A stretch of 64,000 bases of DNA from Clostridiales bacterium (GTDB lineage Bacteria > Bacillota > Clostridia > Oscillospirales > Oscillospiraceae). The notes beneath the pieces were generated by a model. The model was not told the origin of the DNA. It saw only the letters and a list, made by a program, of their open reading frames with translations, and ran no database searches. How positions within the stretch are numbered: position 1 is the stretch's first letter; each line of letters opens with the position of its first letter. This document shows positions 8,697 to 17,899 of the stretch, piece after piece. Where the stretch lies: the NCBI GenBank assembly GCA_029010715.1, contig JAQXKZ010000024.1:1236-65235 (forward strand), read 5' to 3'. Position numbers and translations under genes: made by a program.

Positions 8697-10514
8697 ATGA
8701 GCGGCGCATATTATGAAAAAATTGCTCGCATTAACCTGACTACCGGCGAGATCAGGGTGGAACCCCTGGATCTGGAAATCGCCCACAAGTTTATCGGAGG
8801 CCGCGGACTCGGTACCAAGATACTTTACGACGAGGGTGTTGCCACCGTTGATCCTCTGTCCCCGGAAAATAAGCTGATCTATATCACCGGCCCCATGACC
8901 GGCTCTGCCTCTCCCTCCTCCGGCCGCTACATGGTCGTGACCAAATCTCCCCTGACCGGCATGATCGCCTGCGCCAACTCCGGCGGTATCTGGGGCGCCA
9001 AGCTGAAATTCGCCGGCTGGGATGCATTGATCGTTGAGGGACAGGCACCCGACTGGACCTACATAAACATTGAGGATGACAAAATTGAGCTGCTGGACGC
9101 CAGAGAATATGTGGGCGTGATGAGCGAGGAAATCGACGGGATGCTGAAAGCAAAGCACGGCGCGGAGGCTTCCGTTCTCAACATCGGCCCGGCAGGAGAA
9201 AACCAGGTGCTGCTTGCCGCCGTGATGAATGACAAAGACCGCGCGGCCGGACGCTCCGGCACCGGCGCCGTCATGGGCAGCAAGAAGCTGAAAGCCATCG
9301 TGGTAAAGGCCAGCCGGAAGCAGCTGGACAATATCGCCGATCTGGACGCGCTCAAGGAGGTCAACAAGCGCTGCCTGAAGATGCTGACCGAAAACGGCGT
9401 CACCGGCGAGGGTCTGCGTACTTACGGCACCGCCGTCCTGGTGAATATCATCAACAACATCGGCGCCTTCCCCACCAAAAACTGGCAGGAGAGCTATTAC
9501 CCCACTGCTGACGCCATCTCCGGAGAGACTCTGGCGGACAAATATCTGGTCAGGCCCGGTCCCTGCTACCGCTGCCCCATTGCCTGCGGCCGCGTCATCA
9601 AGCATGACGACAAGATCATCGGCGGACCTGAGTACGAGCCGCTGTGGGCCTATGGCGGAGACGTTGGCAACGATGATTTGTACACCATAGACGAGTGCAA
9701 CCGGCTCTGCAATGAATACGGTCTGGACGCCATCTCCGTCCCCTGCACCATTGCCGCGGCCATGGAGCTCTACCAGCGTGGGTATATAAAGGAAGAGGAG
9801 TGCGACGGCGTGCCTCTGGAGTGGGGCAGCAAAACGGCCCTGATCGAGTGGACCAAGAGAATGGGTGCACCTGAGAGCGATCTTGCCCGTCTCATGTCCT
9901 CCGGCTCCGCCCGCCTGTGCGAGGCATACGGCCATCCCGAGTATTCCATGAGCGTCAAAAAACAGGAGATCCCCGCCTACGACGCCCGCGCCATTCAGGG
10001 TATCGGCATCACCTATGCCACCGCTAACTGCGGCGCGGCCCATGTCCGCGGCTATATGATCAGCCCCGAGGTTCTGGGTCTGCCCCAGCAGCTCGACCGC
10101 ACCGTCACCGACGACAAGGCCGCCTGGGCCAAGACCTTCCAGGATCTGACCGCCGTGATCGACTCCATGGGCAACTGCCTCTTCACCTCCTTTGCACTGG
10201 GCGCACCGGAATACGCCGACCTGCTCAACGCGGCCACCGGCACCAACTGGACTGTGGAAGAGCTTCTGGAGATCGGCGACAGGATCTACAACATCGAGCG
10301 TATGTTCAACAAGGCCGCCGGTATGAAGCCGGAGGACGACCGTCTGCCCAAGCGTCTGATGCAGGAGCCTGTTGTAAACGGCCCCTCAAAGGGCATGCTC
10401 TCCAAGATCGAGCTGACTCTGCCCCAGTACTATGAGGCCCGTGGCTGGGTCAACGCCTTCCCCACGGATGAAACCCTCAAAAGGCTGGGTCTTGACGAGT
10501 GCATAGGTAAGTAA
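8697..10514 (+). CDS. aor: Tungsten-containing aldehyde:ferredoxin oxidoreductase (AOR family)
   Basis: 605 aa. AOR N-terminal domain (YYEKIARINLTTGEIRVEPL...GGRGLGTKILYDE). 4Fe-4S ligand motif CYRCPIAC. AAGGAGG RBS upstream. Confidence 0.9.
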   Translation: MSGAYYEKIARINLTTGEIRVEPLDLEIAHKFIGGRGLGTKILYDEGVATVDPLSPENKLIYITGPMTGSASPSSGRYMVVTKSPLTGMIACANSGGIWGAKLKFAGWDALIVEGQAPDWTYINIEDDKIELLDAREYVGVMSEEIDGMLKAKHGAEASVLNIGPAGENQVLLAAVMNDKDRAAGRSGTGAVMGSKKLKAIVVKASRKQLDNIADLDALKEVNKRCLKMLTENGVTGEGLRTYGTAVLVNIINNIGAFPTKNWQESYYPTADAISGETLADKYLVRPGPCYRCPIACGRVIKHDDKIIGGPEYEPLWAYGGDVGNDDLYTIDECNRLCNEYGLDAISVPCTIAAAMELYQRGYIKEEECDGVPLEWGSKTALIEWTKRMGAPESDLARLMSSGSARLCEAYGHPEYSMSVKKQEIPAYDARAIQGIGITYATANCGAAHVRGYMISPEVLGLPQQLDRTVTDDKAAWAKTFQDLTAVIDSMGNCLFTSFALGAPEYADLLNAATGTNWTVEELLEIGDRIYNIERMFNKAAGMKPEDDRLPKRLMQEPVVNGPSKGMLSKIELTLPQYYEARGWVNAFPTDETLKRLGLDECIGK

Positions 10515-10527
10515 GTATAATTATAAT

Positions 10528-10555
10528 TAAGGGGGAGGCGTCTCGCCTCCCCCTT
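10528..10555 (+). terminator. Very stable hairpin between aor and moaD (attenuator/partial terminator or processing site)
   Basis: AAGGGGGAGGCG-TCT-CGCCTCCCCCTT. This is a 12-bp perfect stem, but only a short T run follows. Confidence 0.45.
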
Positions 10556-10574
10556 TCGGCATTAAGGATGTGAT

Positions 10575-10799
10575 ATGATGATCGAGGTCCGTTTGTTTGC
10601 TACACTGCGGGATGCGCGGGGTAAGGTTTTGATGCTGGAGCCGGACACCGTCTCCACTGCCGGAGATATTCTCTCTGCCCTTGATATTCCTCAGGAGGCC
10701 GTGGCTATCCTGCTCATCAACGGCTTTCACTCCCGCGTTGAGGACTCTGTGAAAAACGGCGATATCGTCGCTCTTTTTCCGCCGGTAGGAGGTGGCTGA
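10575..10799 (+). CDS. moaD: MoaD/ThiS-family ubiquitin-like sulfur carrier
   Basis: 74 aa with a beta-grasp-like sequence ending in ...FPPVGGG (C-terminal Gly-Gly). Confidence 0.8.
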   Translation: MMIEVRLFATLRDARGKVLMLEPDTVSTAGDILSALDIPQEAVAILLINGFHSRVEDSVKNGDIVALFPPVGGG

Positions 10800-10800
10800 T

Positions 10801-11592
10801 ATGGAGCTGTCAGCAGAGCAGACCCAGCGGTATTCCCGGCATCTCGTAATGAAGGAGCTGGGTGTTTCCGGTCAGGAAAAGCTCCGAAAGGCCAAGGTGC
10901 TGATTATCGGGGCAGGCGGCCTGGGTTCCCCGGCGGCCCTGTATCTGGCAGCGGCCGGCATTGGCAGCATCGGTATTGCCGACGGCGACCGGGTGGAGCT
11001 TTCAAACCTCCAGCGTCAGATCCTCCACAGCACCGCAGATATAGGCAGGCCCAAGGTGGACTCCGCCAGGGAGAGTCTGGAGCGGCTGAACCCGGATGTG
11101 CAGGTGAAAACCCATCCCGGGCCGGTCAATGCCGGAAATATCATGGAGCTGATTGCCGCTTATGACTTCATTCTGGAGTGTACGGATAATTTTCCTGCCA
11201 AGTTTCTCATCAACGACGCCTGCGTTCTCTCTCAAAAGCCCTTCTGTCACGGCAGCGTTATCCGCTTTTTCGGCCAGGTCATGACCTATGTGCCGGGGCA
11301 GGGCCCCTGCTACCGCTGCGTCTTTAAGTCGCCTCCCCCTCAAAACGCTGTGCCTGCCGCCAAACAGGCGGGCGTCATCGGCGCGGCAGCCGGAATGATC
11401 GGCTGCTTACAGGCGCTCGAAGCCATAAAGTATATTACCGGGGCAGGTGACTTGCTCACCGGCCAGCTTTTGACCTTTGACGCGCTGGATATGGATTTTC
11501 AGAAGATCTCTCTTCAGCCTGACCCGGACTGCCCGGTCTGCGGACCGAAGCCTGCAATATTGAAGCCCTTTGACTGTGAACAGCCGCTGTGA
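10801..11592 (+). CDS. moeB: MoeB/ThiF-family adenylyltransferase (molybdopterin-synthase adenylyltransferase)
   Basis: The ORF track starts at GTG 10792. ATG 10801 is better spaced from the TAGGAGGTGG RBS. Signatures: RYSRHL, IIGAGGLGSPAALYLAAAGIG, and the CYRC / CPVC zinc motifs. Confidence 0.85.
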   Translation: MELSAEQTQRYSRHLVMKELGVSGQEKLRKAKVLIIGAGGLGSPAALYLAAAGIGSIGIADGDRVELSNLQRQILHSTADIGRPKVDSARESLERLNPDVQVKTHPGPVNAGNIMELIAAYDFILECTDNFPAKFLINDACVLSQKPFCHGSVIRFFGQVMTYVPGQGPCYRCVFKSPPPQNAVPAAKQAGVIGAAAGMIGCLQALEAIKYITGAGDLLTGQLLTFDALDMDFQKISLQPDPDCPVCGPKPAILKPFDCEQPL

Positions 11593-11718
11593 GCCCCGTT
11601 CCCTTCAGCCTCTGCGGTCGCTCTCCGTATATTTTAAAGGGGGCTGTAGCAAAACAGACCAAAAAAGAAGAGACCGAGACGGCTGAAAACAGTCGCCTCG
11701 GTTTCCTGTTTGTGGTAA

Positions 11719-11931
11719 GATGAAGGTGTGCAACAACATCTACCGGAAAAAGATTATGGCACATGCGAGCGGAATGTGTAACTAAAAATTGATGAAAGTT
11801 TCGCGGAAAAGGTAATACCGGCAGACGACAGTGTGAGGCTCTTAGATAAGATAGTAGAGGGGATGGGTCTGAGCGCACTCATGAGAGCATATGACTCACA
11901 CGGACGCCCACCGGCAACACCACCCTTTTAG
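11719..11931 (+). pseudogene. Remnant of the N-terminal part of an IS1182/IS5-type (DUF772-like) transposase
   Basis: Own translation: ...PEKDYGTCERNV*LKIDESFAEKVIPADDSVRLLDKIVEGMGLSALMRAYDSHGRPPATPPF*. The motif IPxDDxVRLLDxIVExMxLSxL...GRP is characteristic of these transposase N-termini. There is an in-frame stop at 11779 and truncation after ~70 codons. No catalytic domain or inverted repeats were seen. Confidence 0.45.
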
Positions 11932-11973
11932 ACTGTCAAAGAGACGCCAGTCAGAGCGGCAGCCGCTCAGCGC

Positions 11974-12861
11974 TCAATTGACCCTCTCGTCACCCCAGAA
12001 GAAGAGGGCGACGGTGCCCGGGCCGGTATGGGCGCCGATGGTAGTGCCGACATTGTTTATCTCGACCTTGCCGTTGAGCTTACTGAAGCGGGCTTCGACG
12101 AGATTGGCCACCTCGCGTGCGTCATCATAGCAGGCGGAGTTGGAGATATAGCATTTGCCGCTGTAGTCGAGTCCGTCCTGCGCGTGCTGCTCCATGCGTG
12201 TGACGATCTCACTGATGACCTTTTTTTTGGTGCGGATCTTATTACGCGGTATCAGGCGGCCAAGATTATCCATGTTGAGCAGAGGGCAGATCTCGAGCAG
12301 GCCGCCGAACACGGCCGCCGCTCTGGATATACGTCCGCCGCGGACATAGCTCGACAGATCGGTGGAGAAGAACCAGTGGTGCAGTTTCAGGCGGTTTTCC
12401 TCCAGCCATGCGGCCAGCTCTTCGGCGCTGAGGCCTTCGTCACGCTTCGTCGCGGCAGTATCCATCAGAAGGCCGTAGCCGGAGGATGCGCCGAGGGAGT
12501 CGACGATATACACCTTACGCTCGGGGAAGCGCTCCTGTACTATCAGGGCGGCGTTGCGCGCGGAGTTTATGGTGCCCGAGATCCCCGAGGACAGGCAGAC
12601 GTGCACGATATCCAGTCCCTTTTCAAGGAACTGTGTAAAGTAGGCAACGTACTCGGAAATATTGACCTGTGAGGTTCGGGTATCGGCTCCCTTCGCCATT
12701 CTTGCATAAAATTCCTCAAACGACATGCTCTCGCCGAGGTCGTCCATGTATTCTACGCCCTCTATGGCGTAATGAAAGCAGATATAGTGTATGTCGCGGC
12801 TTTCAAAGTGTTCCTTCGTTAGGTCGGCTGTGGAACAGCAACTCAGAATATATTCAGACAT
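11974..12861 (-). CDS. DegV-family fatty-acid-binding protein
   Basis: 295 aa with a typical DegV N-terminus and core (CSTADL..., VCLSSGISGTINSARNAA, VDSLGASSGYG). Confidence 0.85.
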   Translation of the reverse strand: MSEYILSCCSTADLTKEHFESRDIHYICFHYAIEGVEYMDDLGESMSFEEFYARMAKGADTRTSQVNISEYVAYFTQFLEKGLDIVHVCLSSGISGTINSARNAALIVQERFPERKVYIVDSLGASSGYGLLMDTAATKRDEGLSAEELAAWLEENRLKLHHWFFSTDLSSYVRGGRISRAAAVFGGLLEICPLLNMDNLGRLIPRNKIRTKKKVISEIVTRMEQHAQDGLDYSGKCYISNSACYDDAREVANLVEARFSKLNGKVEINNVGTTIGAHTGPGTVALFFWGDERVN

Positions 12862-12986
12862 TTTTCAGTTTCCTTTCTCAGCGCGCAGGCGCGGCTGATG
12901 CGGCTAATATATGAGTATATAATATGACTTATGCTCCCCGGGCGCAAGCTACTGTGCCGCGCCGCCTCTCTACGCGGGCAGCGTAA

Positions 12987-13038
12987 GAAAAGAGACGTGG
13001 TAGAGCCGTCCCGCAGGACTCTACCACGTCTCTTTTTT
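12987..13038. terminator. Bidirectional intrinsic terminator downstream of the XRE gene
   Basis: 15-bp perfect stem AGAGACGTGGTAGAG...CTCTACCACGTCTCT, flanked by an A run and a T run. Confidence 0.7.
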
Positions 13039-13059
13039 ATGTCTCTACTATTAGTAGAA

Positions 13060-13677
13060 TTACCGCTTTTGCTTTCTGCGCCAGGGCAGATGATCCGGCC
13101 TGATGCGGATGTTGCAGCTGAGAAAGACTATGACAAGCGCCGGTATGGCAATAAGGAACAGCTGCCAGGGTCTGGACGGGAGCAGCACATACAGCAGCAT
13201 GAAAATGCTCAGCACAAAGACGGCAATGACATACTGAAGATATTTCGTGCGTTTAAAGACACACAGCAGCACCAGCAGCGTCAGCAGCGACACCGTAAAA
13301 GCCACGGCGAACACCTGCCACCATATGGTGTCGAGCAGCCAGAGCACGACGAACACGGTCAGGGACATGGTCCATATACCGAGTATGGCGATGGCGATGA
13401 TTATGCCGACACTGTACTGGGGCGGCTCCTCCGTCTCATCCGTGGGAGGCTCCCAGCCGTCATGCGAGGATAGAATATAGTCTACGGTGACGCCGAAGAT
13501 CTCAGCCATTTCGCTGAGCACATAGGCGTCAGGGATAGCCTCTCCCCGTTCCCACTTGGAAATTGATTTGTCGGAGTAATTCAGCTTCGCGCCCAGCTCA
13601 GCCTGAGTCAGCCCTGCTTTGGTGCGCAGACTGATGATGTTGCTGGCGGCAACGAGTTTAAGTTCTGACAGCTGCAA
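13060..13677 (-). CDS. XRE-family HTH protein with C-terminal transmembrane region
   Basis: 205 aa. HTH: LRTKAGLTQAELGAKLNYSDKSISKWERGEAIPD. Several hydrophobic helices follow. Confidence 0.75.
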   Translation of the reverse strand: MQLSELKLVAASNIISLRTKAGLTQAELGAKLNYSDKSISKWERGEAIPDAYVLSEMAEIFGVTVDYILSSHDGWEPPTDETEEPPQYSVGIIIAIAILGIWTMSLTVFVVLWLLDTIWWQVFAVAFTVSLLTLLVLLCVFKRTKYLQYVIAVFVLSIFMLLYVLLPSRPWQLFLIAIPALVIVFLSCNIRIRPDHLPWRRKQKR

Positions 13678-13866
13678 GTCGATTCTCCTGTCTGTGATCC
13701 GTTTTCTTCAGTCAATACCTCATGAGCCGGCAAGCGCGGGCGCCGCAGGCTCCGTGTTCCGGCGGCAGAGCTTTTGACGGTATACCGGCTGTATCCCGGA
13801 TAAAAGCGACGGGCCGGGGGCGCGGATCGCCCGGCGGATTCCAAAGGCGGACCGCGCGGTATGTCT

Positions 13867-14700
13867 TTATTTATACAAGAGATGGGGTTTGTAAAACTCG
13901 AAAATGACGCCGTCACGGCCCTTTTCGTTTCTCGGTTCATGCGAGGTCCAGCCTATGTTCATGGCTCCGAGCTTTGACGCGAGACGCACGGTAAGCGGTC
14001 TGGAGCCGATACGGTAGGCGATGAACTGCGGTCTGGAGATAAAGTTGAGAAGGCAATGGCCGAGGACGAAAGCCGTTGGCTTCTTTATCGAGTCGTTATA
14101 GTACTTGGGTGGCTGGGCAAGCTGGCCGCGGACAAGGTCTCTGGCGTGGAAGCGGAACCAGCCCATTATGACGGGATTGAAGCTCTCGACGCACACATCG
14201 CCGCGATACTCGCTGAGCAGGGCGTAGGTCTTTCTGCACAGCTCGAGATTACGCCGGCCGTTTTTCAGCTCAACTATAAGCGGGCCTTTGCCGTCGATAA
14301 TATCGAGCACCTCAGAAAACAGCGGTATATGCTGGTCAGTACCGCAGAGGCTGAGAGCCTTGAGCTCGTCATAGGTCTTTTCGTCAACGCGGGAGTGTAC
14401 GCCGCAGACTCTGTCAAGAGTATCGTCATGGAATACAACGACCTGTCCGTCCCTGGACAGCTGTACGTCAAGCTCCACTCCATAGCCCGCCTTCGCCGCA
14501 AGCCTGAACGCCTCGAGGGAGTTTTCCGGCACGCTCATATCCCTGCTGTGCAGGCCCCTGTGCGCAAAGTTGCGGCCAATAAACGGGGCTTTCTGACGCC
14601 TGGTAGCGGAGCCCGGAGCGAGCATGAACAGCGGTACGCCGACAGCGGCCGCCGCCGTAAGCACCAGGCAGGCCTTGCCAGTGTTCTTTGCTTTTTTCAT
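13867..14700 (-). CDS. Membrane-anchored glycerophosphodiester phosphodiesterase (GDPD family)
   Basis: ORF 13867..14781, trimmed to ATG 14700 (MKKAKNTGKACLVLTAAAAV; GAGGTG RBS). GDPD motifs: AHRGL...PENSLEAF...GVELDVQLSRDGQVVVFHDDTLDR. Confidence 0.8.
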   Translation of the reverse strand: MKKAKNTGKACLVLTAAAAVGVPLFMLAPGSATRRQKAPFIGRNFAHRGLHSRDMSVPENSLEAFRLAAKAGYGVELDVQLSRDGQVVVFHDDTLDRVCGVHSRVDEKTYDELKALSLCGTDQHIPLFSEVLDIIDGKGPLIVELKNGRRNLELCRKTYALLSEYRGDVCVESFNPVIMGWFRFHARDLVRGQLAQPPKYYNDSIKKPTAFVLGHCLLNFISRPQFIAYRIGSRPLTVRLASKLGAMNIGWTSHEPRNEKGRDGVIFEFYKPHLLYK

Positions 14701-14777
14701 TATAATAAACACCTCGGATAAATTAGTATTATGCTCCAAAAATTCATACCGAAAAGTCCTCAGGGCTTCCCGGGAGG

Positions 14778-16220
14778 TCAATCACCGGAATCCAGCGCCT
14801 CTATGCCGACAACGTTCGCGACCTTGCTGGCCCGGATGTTCTTCACAAGGAAGCCGAACACGAGGCAGCTTAGGGCGGTAAGTATGCAGGCATATACCGG
14901 CAGGGCGCGCCACGCGCCGGTCATGTCGAACACGAGGCCGAGCAGGATGGGCGTCACGGTCTGGGCTGACATGCTCGCCGTGTAATAGTAGCCGGTGAAC
15001 TTGCCGATCTTCTTCGAAGAGCACAGCTCAACGACCATCGGGAACGAGCAGTTATGCACCAGCGCCATGCCGAAGCCCTTGATCGCCCATACCGCGAAGA
15101 GAAGGCCCGGGAAAGCATACTCGCCGTGAACACCGGTGACTCTGCCGGTGGGAGTTACGAAGGACATTATTACCAGCGATACGAAGGTAATCATGAGGCC
15201 GGAGGTGATGGTCCATTTGCGGCCGATCTTGTCCGCGATGCCGCCTGCGATGCCAAAACCGATGACCGACGCAAGGCCGCCGATAATCGTGAGGAACATG
15301 GTGGCGCTGGAGACGGAATTCAGATAATAGATGACGTAGTTGCCGATATAGGTGCCGATCGCGTTGTCGGACATGAACCACAGAAACTCGGCGCCGAGTA
15401 TGGCGAGGAGCATGGTCTTGTTGGCCTTCGACATGGGCTTGTCATCGTCGATCGGCGTTTCGACCGCAGCAAGGCGCTCGCCCTCGGCCATCTGGTCCTT
15501 CATCTCCTCGGCGATCTCATTCTCCCTGACGGTGAAGAAAAGCACCAGAGCGGAGATGACCATCAGCACGGAGGCAATGATGAAGGGCAGCTCTATGGTC
15601 CAGACCTTGCGCGCCTCATCGGCGGCGTTTATATAGTCGCTGAGCTTCAGAAAGATACCGAGCACGGTCGCAAAGGCGCCGCCGAAATATCCCATGATGT
15701 TTATGATGCCATTGGCCCTGGCGCGCAGAGGCTTCGGCGTGATGTCGGGCATGAGGGCGACCGCCGGGTTGCGGTACATCATCATGAATATCAGCACGAC
15801 GGCCATCATAACGACCATGCCGGCAATGTTGTTGTAGTGGAAAAACAGGGGAATAAACGGGAAAGCCAGCGCGGCGACCGCGGTACCGGTGAGGATATAC
15901 GGCATACGCTTGCCGATGGGCGTATTTGTTTTATCCGAGAGGGTGCCGAATATGGGCAGGAGTATCAGCGCGGCCAGATTGTCGCAGGCCATGATGATGC
16001 CGACCAGCCACTGAACGTTCAGGATCTTTGCCGGATCGCCGGCTTTCAGCTCCGCCGAAGATATACCGTACATCCTTCTGGCAAAAATATCTGTCAGGAA
16101 GGTCGGGCACCAGGAGTCGTACACCTGCCAGAGGAGGAGTATGCCGAAGAAGGCGAAGCCGATAAGGAAGGTGCGCCTGTAGTTGAGCCTGAGGCCGCTG
16201 CTGTTCGTAGTTTTTTTCAT
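14778..16220 (-). CDS. MFS transporter (12-TM, SLC45/GPH-like flavour)
   Basis: 480 aa, polytopic throughout. It lies between marR and the GDPD gene on the same strand. Confidence 0.75.
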   Translation of the reverse strand: MKKTTNSSGLRLNYRRTFLIGFAFFGILLLWQVYDSWCPTFLTDIFARRMYGISSAELKAGDPAKILNVQWLVGIIMACDNLAALILLPIFGTLSDKTNTPIGKRMPYILTGTAVAALAFPFIPLFFHYNNIAGMVVMMAVVLIFMMMYRNPAVALMPDITPKPLRARANGIINIMGYFGGAFATVLGIFLKLSDYINAADEARKVWTIELPFIIASVLMVISALVLFFTVRENEIAEEMKDQMAEGERLAAVETPIDDDKPMSKANKTMLLAILGAEFLWFMSDNAIGTYIGNYVIYYLNSVSSATMFLTIIGGLASVIGFGIAGGIADKIGRKWTITSGLMITFVSLVIMSFVTPTGRVTGVHGEYAFPGLLFAVWAIKGFGMALVHNCSFPMVVELCSSKKIGKFTGYYYTASMSAQTVTPILLGLVFDMTGAWRALPVYACILTALSCLVFGFLVKNIRASKVANVVGIEALDSGD

Positions 16221-16254
16221 AATACACCCCGTTCAAAATACATATCGGAAAGCC

Positions 16255-16689
16255 TTACATGCACTCGGGCATGAGCTCCTCGGAGATCACCTTAAGCATA
16301 CTCCCGAAACGCTCGACATCCTCCCTGGGGAAACGTTCCTTTATACGCTGCATCACGGTCACCTCATAGCTGCTCAACAGTCCGGCATAGCTGTAGAACT
16401 TATCCGAAAGCACGAGATGGTACTCACGCCGGTCGACGGAGGAATTCTGCCGCTCCAGATAGCCCTTGCGGATCAGGTTATTGACCTTATAGGTGGCGTT
16501 AGACTGGGAAATGTTCAGAAAGTCAGCAAACTGGCCCACCGTAGGCTCATGGAGCATCTTGATAACCTCAAGGGAAAAGGCCTCCATTGCCGAGAGGGAT
16601 CCGTCCCGCTCCCGCACGAGCGCAAAAACCTGTCGGTAAAACTGCAGCTTGAACTTGTCGTATACTTCCATAAAGCTTTTTTCCAGCAT
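16255..16689 (-). CDS. MarR-family transcriptional regulator
   Basis: 144 aa with a winged-helix core (LSAMEAFSLEVI...QFADFLNISQSNATYKVNNLIRKGYLERQNSSVDRREY). Confidence 0.8.
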   Translation of the reverse strand: MLEKSFMEVYDKFKLQFYRQVFALVRERDGSLSAMEAFSLEVIKMLHEPTVGQFADFLNISQSNATYKVNNLIRKGYLERQNSSVDRREYHLVLSDKFYSYAGLLSSYEVTVMQRIKERFPREDVERFGSMLKVISEELMPECM

Positions 16690-16870
16690 ATGCTCGCCTC
16701 CATATCGCTTCCTATTTTATACCAAGCGGCGTAATTTGTAAATCAAGATAATTGTTTTATGCTTCGCAAAATTTTTCAGGCTCTGCGGCTCCATGCAGCA
16801 AAATCCGCCGCGAAGCAATCTGCGGCTCCGGGCCGGAGACGACTCAGCGGCGGTATCCCGCGGCGTAAGC

Positions 16871-17899
16871 TCAGGCGGGCAGGTTTTCCGCGGCGTCCAC
16901 GGCGCCGGGAGCGCCGGCGGCGCAGCAGCTCAGGTACATCCGGTAGACAATAAAGGCCATCAGCGCACAGCTGGCAGTCATGGCCGCATAGCAGCCGAGA
17001 TACCAGTTGCCGTGGCGCTGCACCAGATATTCGGATATGCCGGTGGCGGCCAGAGTCAGAAGCCATCCCGCCCACATGAGCCAGTGCCGCGCGCAAAGAC
17101 CGTTGGCGCGGACGGAGATACGGCTGTAATGGATAAGCAGGGCCAGAATGCATATCGCGCAGATTATCTGCACGATGCTGACAAAGCCGTTGAACTTCAT
17201 GAAGCTGGAGTCATAACGGGTACTGTCGAGAAGCAGCTCGGCCGCGCAGTAGAGCAGGAGAAAATACCTCGCGGTATTGCCGTCGCTGCCGCCGAGCTTC
17301 ATCGGGCGGCGGCGCCGGAGGCAGAAGAATCGCAGCAGCACCCATGCCGCGGCCATCATTATAATGAATTCAACAAAGAAGGTGGCGAAACGGTATTCCA
17401 CGGCGCCTGTGGAAGCCGTGACGCCGGAAGCCAGAGGCAGATGCTGCAGCAACGGCGTCGTAACGGATATCTTGCTGCGGCAGGAGTTGTTGAACAGCGC
17501 GCTGAGCCGTATAAAGGCCACAGCCAGAGCCGCGCCGGGAGCAAAGGCGTCAAGCAGGCGCGACTTGCTCGTCTCGAAGCCCAAAGCCTTGACTATAACC
17601 GCAGCCAGCCAGCAGCCGAGCAGCGCACCGGGCAGGCAGTAGCTGCCGGTGGAATATTCGGTGATTGCGCCGATAAAGCCGCTGTACTGCTCCAGATGAC
17701 AGTACCAGTGTATAACACGGCAGATCGGAACGGAGAGAACTACAGCTAAAGGCAGGAACAGCAGCATGGCCGCGGTACGGCCGCCGTTCGCCCTGTGCAG
17801 GGCAAGCGAGAGAAAAAGGCTCGCAGCAAGCCCGAGGAAGATCACTATTGAGCTCCAGAACAAAACGGTGGAGCCGCTGTATACGGCGATAGGATTCAT
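16871..17899 (-). CDS. Polytopic membrane protein, divergent Lgt (prolipoprotein diacylglyceryl transferase)-like; paralog of 63665..>64000
   Basis: 342 aa. The N-terminus MNPIAVYSGSTVLFWSSIVIFLGLAA, the middle GSYCLPGALLGC and LDAFAPGAALAVAFIRLSALFNNS align by eye with Lgt blocks (NPIAF..G...WYG; GGLAIHGGLIG; LDIAAP...GQAIGRWGNFxNQE). The key Lgt residues are replaced. ATGA overlap with the upstream gene. Confidence 0.55.
   Translation of the reverse strand: MNPIAVYSGSTVLFWSSIVIFLGLAASLFLSLALHRANGGRTAAMLLFLPLAVVLSVPICRVIHWYCHLEQYSGFIGAITEYSTGSYCLPGALLGCWLAAVIVKALGFETSKSRLLDAFAPGAALAVAFIRLSALFNNSCRSKISVTTPLLQHLPLASGVTASTGAVEYRFATFFVEFIIMMAAAWVLLRFFCLRRRRPMKLGGSDGNTARYFLLLYCAAELLLDSTRYDSSFMKFNGFVSIVQIICAICILALLIHYSRISVRANGLCARHWLMWAGWLLTLAATGISEYLVQRHGNWYLGCYAAMTASCALMAFIVYRMYLSCCAAGAPGAVDAAENLPA

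Noticed and set aside
8679-10043. A long ORF (454 aa) antisense to aor. Similar long antisense or overlapping ORFs in the track: 15054..16274, 17977..19284, 28832..30325, 39257..41362 (701 aa opposite dnaK), 45720..46616, 48282..49250, 53571..54851, 55646..57472 and 61770..63689.
   Set aside because: Each lies opposite a gene with unmistakable family signatures. Their translations are low-complexity (G/A/R/V/D/H-rich), as expected for stop-poor antisense frames in GC-rich DNA. No RBS or recognisable motifs were found.
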